The position numbers and the translations under genes were made by a program. A stretch of 13,233 nt of DNA from Okeania sp. (GTDB taxonomy: Bacteria; Cyanobacteriota; Cyanobacteriia; Cyanobacteriales; Microcoleaceae): positions 1 to 13,233 of the forward strand of contig NZ_JAYKGW010000107.1 of NCBI RefSeq assembly GCF_035285525.1, written 5' to 3'. The number at the start of each line of letters is the position of its first letter. The stretch's first letter is position 1. The notes under the pieces are model-generated. The model was given only the letters and a program-made list of their open reading frames with translations. It did not search any database and was not told the DNA's origin. Shown here one piece after another: positions 10,801-13,233 of the stretch.

Positions 10801-13233
10801 GTGGGAGCAGAATTAGAACGTTTGCAAGCAGAGGAAAAACTGAGAGGTTCTCAACAAAGACTTTCATTTCTCCTAGAAAATACTCCAGTGGGTGTGATTG
10901 AATGGAATACTGAGTGGGAAATTGTTGCGTGGAACCATACCGCAGAATTAATTTTTGGTTACACTGCTAGGGAAATAATAGGTAAGAAAGGATTAGAATT
11001 AATAGTTCCTCAAAATAGTAACACTTTGGTGGAAAGTGGTGAAATAGTTGTGGGTGACAACTGCATCATCACCGAAAACTTAACGAAAACAGGTAAAACA
11101 ATTGTTTGCGAGTGGTACAATACACCTCTCTTAAATCCAGAAGGAACAACTATTGGATTTGCTTCTCTTGCTATTGATATTACCGAGCGTCAACAACAAG
11201 AATTATTAGAAAATGCTCAAAATACGACTCTGAAACTATTAGCTCAAGGTAAATCATTGCAAGAAGTATTATTAGAATTAACCACTCAAATAGACAAAAT
11301 ATTACCATCACTAAATTCTGCCATTCTTTTACTAACAGAAAATCGTGAATATTTACGTCCTTTTGTAGCACCTAATGTACCTCAAATTTGGCTTCAAGCT
11401 ATTGATTCTATACCTTGGAAAAATCTTTGTTCTTTGAGTAAAGTAATTAATCTTCATCAACGGGTAATTATTGAGGATATTGTTAATGCTCCTGAATGTT
11501 CAAGTATCAAGGAAAAAGCTTTATTTAGTGGTTTGTATTCTGGTTGGTTTGAACCAATTTTTTCTGATGGAGAAGAGCAAGTTATAGGTGTTTTTGTAAT
11601 GTACTTTCATAATCAGCGATCGCCAGAAACTAGAGATTTAGAAATACTTGCCTCTTTAGCCAGATTAACTGGTTTAATTATTGAACATAAGCAAGCAGAA
11701 ATTGATCTGAAAAATGCTAAAGAAGCTGCGGAAACTGCCAATTTTGCTAAGAGTAATTTTCTCGCATCTATGAGTCACGAATTGCGTACTCCTTTAAATG
11801 CAATTTTAGGTTTTAGTCAATTATTAGCCAGGGATAATTCTTTAAATAAACATCAAATTGAACAAATAGAAATTATTAATAATAGTGGAGAACATTTGCT
11901 AAGTTTGATTAATGATATTTTATCAATGTCTAAAATTGAAGCTGGAAAAGTTACACTCAAAGAAGATTTATTTGATTTATACAGTTTTCTGCAAAATCTA
12001 CAAGATATGCTCAGTGTAAAAGCCAATGAAAAAGGTTTAGAATTTTTATTTAAACTGGCAGATGACCTGCCTGAAATTATTACTGCGGATGAAGGAAAAT
12101 TGCGTCAAGTTCTAATTAATATTATAGGTAATGCTATCAAATTTACATCTCAAGGAAAAGTTATTTTGTCAGTATCTAATAGTAACTCTTCAGATAAGAT
12201 AAAATTTGCCATTGCCGATACTGGTCGAGGCATTGCAGAATCAGAAATAGATGCTTTATTTGAACCTTTTGTGCAAACTACTACAGGTAAAAAAACCATA
12301 GAAGGAACAGGTTTAGGTTTACCTATTAGTCGTAAATTTGTGCAGTTAATGGGTGGAGAAATATCTGTTAGTAGTCAAGTCGAGAAAGGCACAACTTTTA
12401 CATTTGAAATTATTGCCAAAAATTCCGGAAAATCAAAAGAAATATCAATCAGAGAAACATTAGCTAATCAATCAAAAATAGTAGACTTAACATCTAATAA
12501 ATATAGATATCGAATTTTAATAGCTGAAGATATCGAAGAAAACAGTCAATTATTATTACAATTACTTGAACCTTTAGGATTTGAACTTCAGGTAGCTGAA
12601 AATGGTAAAAAAGCTATATCTATTTGGGAAACTTGGAAACCACATTTAATTTTTATGGATATTGTTATGCCTGTTATGGATGGTTATGAAGCAACTAAAA
12701 TTATTAAACAAACAGCCTTGGGTAAAGCTACTACTATTATCGCTGTAACTGCTAATGCTTTTGATGAAAATCGTGATGCTATTTTAGCCGCTGGTTGTGA
12801 TGATTTTATTACTAAACCTTTTTCAGAAAATCTATTACTAGAAAAGTTAGCTAATCATTTGGGAATAAATTATTCCTATGAAAAGGAAGAAGGAATTCAG
12901 AATTCTGAATTCAGAAGGGAGGATGAACTTGGAAAAAATAACTTTTTTTCTTCAGAAAAAAGAAGGCAGGAGGAAGGAGGAAAAAATAACTTTTCTTCTG
13001 TTGCTACAAAATCACAAATAGAAGTAATAAAAGAATCTTTAAATATCATGTCTTCTGAATGGTTAGAACAATTACATTTTGCTGTATTATCTGTTAATGA
13101 TCGCCAAGTAAGTGAATTAATTATGCAGATTCCTAAAACAGAGGTAAAACTAATTAACTACTTAAAAAATCTAGTGGAAAATTTTCGTTTAGATGTTATT
13201 CTGGAATTAATAGAAAATCAGGAATATTTGTAA
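7876..13233 (+). CDS. Hybrid sensor histidine kinase: REC, PAS, LOV-like PAS, GAF, PAS, PAS, GAF-like, PAS, GAF, HisKA, HATPase, REC, C-terminal extension
   Basis: 1785-aa ORF. REC1 has DD at 12-13, acceptor D56 (LILMDVMLP, nt 8041..8043) and the ISKP lysine. There are multiple PAS and GAF blocks. The H-box is SHELRTPLN (H1301, nt 11776..11778), with N box GNAIKFT, G1 DTGRGI and G2 GTGLGLPIS. REC2 has acceptor D1595 (LIFMDIVMP, nt 12658..12660) and TKPF. Four HIP1 sites lie inside. Domain boundaries were read by eye and are approximate. Confidence 0.9.
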   Translation: MNNNQITILIVDDRPNNLYLISEIISEKGYNLIQATSGEEALKSAKSQPLDLILMDVMLPKMDGYEVCKVLKANPKTANIPVIFLTALSDIDQKLKGFIVGGIDYISKPVHPGELLARIEAQITISKLRLELETKNQQLQQEIGIKKQTEKNLSAIINNMSEGLMIINKEGKIVFVNQASELLWQKSAAELIGEEIGLPLIDGNETEIYVRQKLGKLIFLETRIGEMIWQNQTAYLLTMKDVTEHRQEQERLKLLERAIFTAPQGIVIGDVNLDSQPIIYVNSGLEKITGYSSVEVVGRDYPFLGDTDTNQPEIKEIREAIATGKKCQVILPNTHKNGNKLWNQVTISPVYDDYENLTHYVAVQVDVTDRIIAEMELSAAKVSLEKQIQQALLLKEITDKIRSNLEPTQVYETAATQIAKLLNVDSCLIHTYIESPILRIPIVAHYQNSHVDLNSNLEIPILGNPHVQLILGQDSAIATDNIYTEEKLKPVLPLFEQLNIKSIMVIRTSYQGKTNGVIGLYQCSYTRHWTGEEKELLAAVAAQLGIAIAQANLLAQEKQQGQELAKQNQLLQQEISIRRQIEESLKKSEERWQLVLKGNNEGIFDWNIKTNQAFISPRLKAIWGYEEHEIISHYHEWSSRIHPDDYNKVINYLQEYLEQKHSQFRIEYRTVCQDNTYKWIAAKGQALWDNNGVPKRMVISHQDISDRKEIEEALKASEIRYRELVESQDSVLVCRWKPDGTLTFVNNHYCEFFGKSASELLGSKFSQSIQNELSQQHIESMNPKTLENQMTSVSGELRWLSWTNQPIIDSNRNLIEFQSFGIDITQQKQREDALRLIVEGTATHTGDNFFLACVDKIAQLLQVRYTCVTELKQSENLLEMRAFWNGSEVKNHIVYSPQHTPCEKVLEGKIYHYPECVQQLFPNDTWLVDFNIESYWGIPLYNSQGEVIGLLGVMDVLPMNISSSQELILKIFAARVGAELERLQAEEKLRGSQQRLSFLLENTPVGVIEWNTEWEIVAWNHTAELIFGYTAREIIGKKGLELIVPQNSNTLVESGEIVVGDNCIITENLTKTGKTIVCEWYNTPLLNPEGTTIGFASLAIDITERQQQELLENAQNTTLKLLAQGKSLQEVLLELTTQIDKILPSLNSAILLLTENREYLRPFVAPNVPQIWLQAIDSIPWKNLCSLSKVINLHQRVIIEDIVNAPECSSIKEKALFSGLYSGWFEPIFSDGEEQVIGVFVMYFHNQRSPETRDLEILASLARLTGLIIEHKQAEIDLKNAKEAAETANFAKSNFLASMSHELRTPLNAILGFSQLLARDNSLNKHQIEQIEIINNSGEHLLSLINDILSMSKIEAGKVTLKEDLFDLYSFLQNLQDMLSVKANEKGLEFLFKLADDLPEIITADEGKLRQVLINIIGNAIKFTSQGKVILSVSNSNSSDKIKFAIADTGRGIAESEIDALFEPFVQTTTGKKTIEGTGLGLPISRKFVQLMGGEISVSSQVEKGTTFTFEIIAKNSGKSKEISIRETLANQSKIVDLTSNKYRYRILIAEDIEENSQLLLQLLEPLGFELQVAENGKKAISIWETWKPHLIFMDIVMPVMDGYEATKIIKQTALGKATTIIAVTANAFDENRDAILAAGCDDFITKPFSENLLLEKLANHLGINYSYEKEEGIQNSEFRREDELGKNNFFSSEKRRQEEGGKNNFSSVATKSQIEVIKESLNIMSSEWLEQLHFAVLSVNDRQVSELIMQIPKTEVKLINYLKNLVENFRLDVILELIENQEYL
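8638..8985 (+). other. LOV-like PAS domain of the kinase lacking the adduct-forming cysteine
   Basis: GIVIGDVNLDSQPIIYVNSGLEKITGYSSVEVVGRDYPFLGDTDT ... NTHKNGNKLWNQVTISPV ... YVAVQVDVTDR is colinear with LOV domains. The canonical GRNCRFLQG reads GRDYPFLGD, with Tyr301 at nt 8776..8778. Confidence 0.65.
12893..12912. repeat. Perfect 20-bp palindrome GAATTCAGAATTCTGAATTC inside the kinase linker
   Basis: Self-complementary over all 20 nt and contains three overlapping or adjacent GAATTC sites. It encodes part of GIQNSEFRRE. Confidence 0.9.

Noticed and set aside
11180-11371. 63-aa antisense ORF inside the kinase
   Set aside because: Same reasoning: an AT-rich antisense frame with no motifs.

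Overview
AT-rich segment that looks like a cyanobacterial chromosome. Ten copies of the HIP1 octamer GCGATCGC, short tandem heptamers at gene boundaries and MITEs ending in GGACTTACGCA point to a Nostocales-type genome; the taxon is inference.

Four confident protein genes:
- SbcC/Rad50-type ATPase with a zinc hook (263..3313, -)
- 122-aa VOC/glyoxalase-fold protein (4627..4995, +)
- 436-aa large-serine-recombinase homologue (5802..7112, +)
- 1785-aa multi-PAS/GAF hybrid histidine kinase with receiver domains at both ends (7876..13233, +)

There is also a 45-codon membrane-peptide ORF that the ORF track does not list (7369..7506, +). I saw no rRNA, tRNA or CRISPR array.

The interval 3314..5801 holds only the VOC gene and is otherwise packed with non-autonomous elements. 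Six MITEs share one 13-bp terminal inverted repeat, and several have 5-bp target duplications. One of them has been invaded by two units of a second element type, which in turn carry GC-stem hairpin repeats and a 29-nt stem-loop repeat. A seventh MITE sits 45 nt upstream of the kinase gene and is flanked by an unusual 22-bp direct duplication.

The most interesting observations:
1. The recombinase homologue keeps its DNA-binding, zinc-ribbon and coiled-coil parts, but all five canonical catalytic residues are substituted, so it may be a domesticated pseudo-recombinase.
2. The repeat structure at 5140..5757 is nested three levels deep.
3. The VOC gene is bracketed almost exactly by two MITEs.
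4. The kinase contains a LOV-like PAS domain with Tyr at the position of the photoactive Cys.

I did not recognise a multi-gene defence or other novel system. Functional statements are inference from motifs read by eye; no searches were run.
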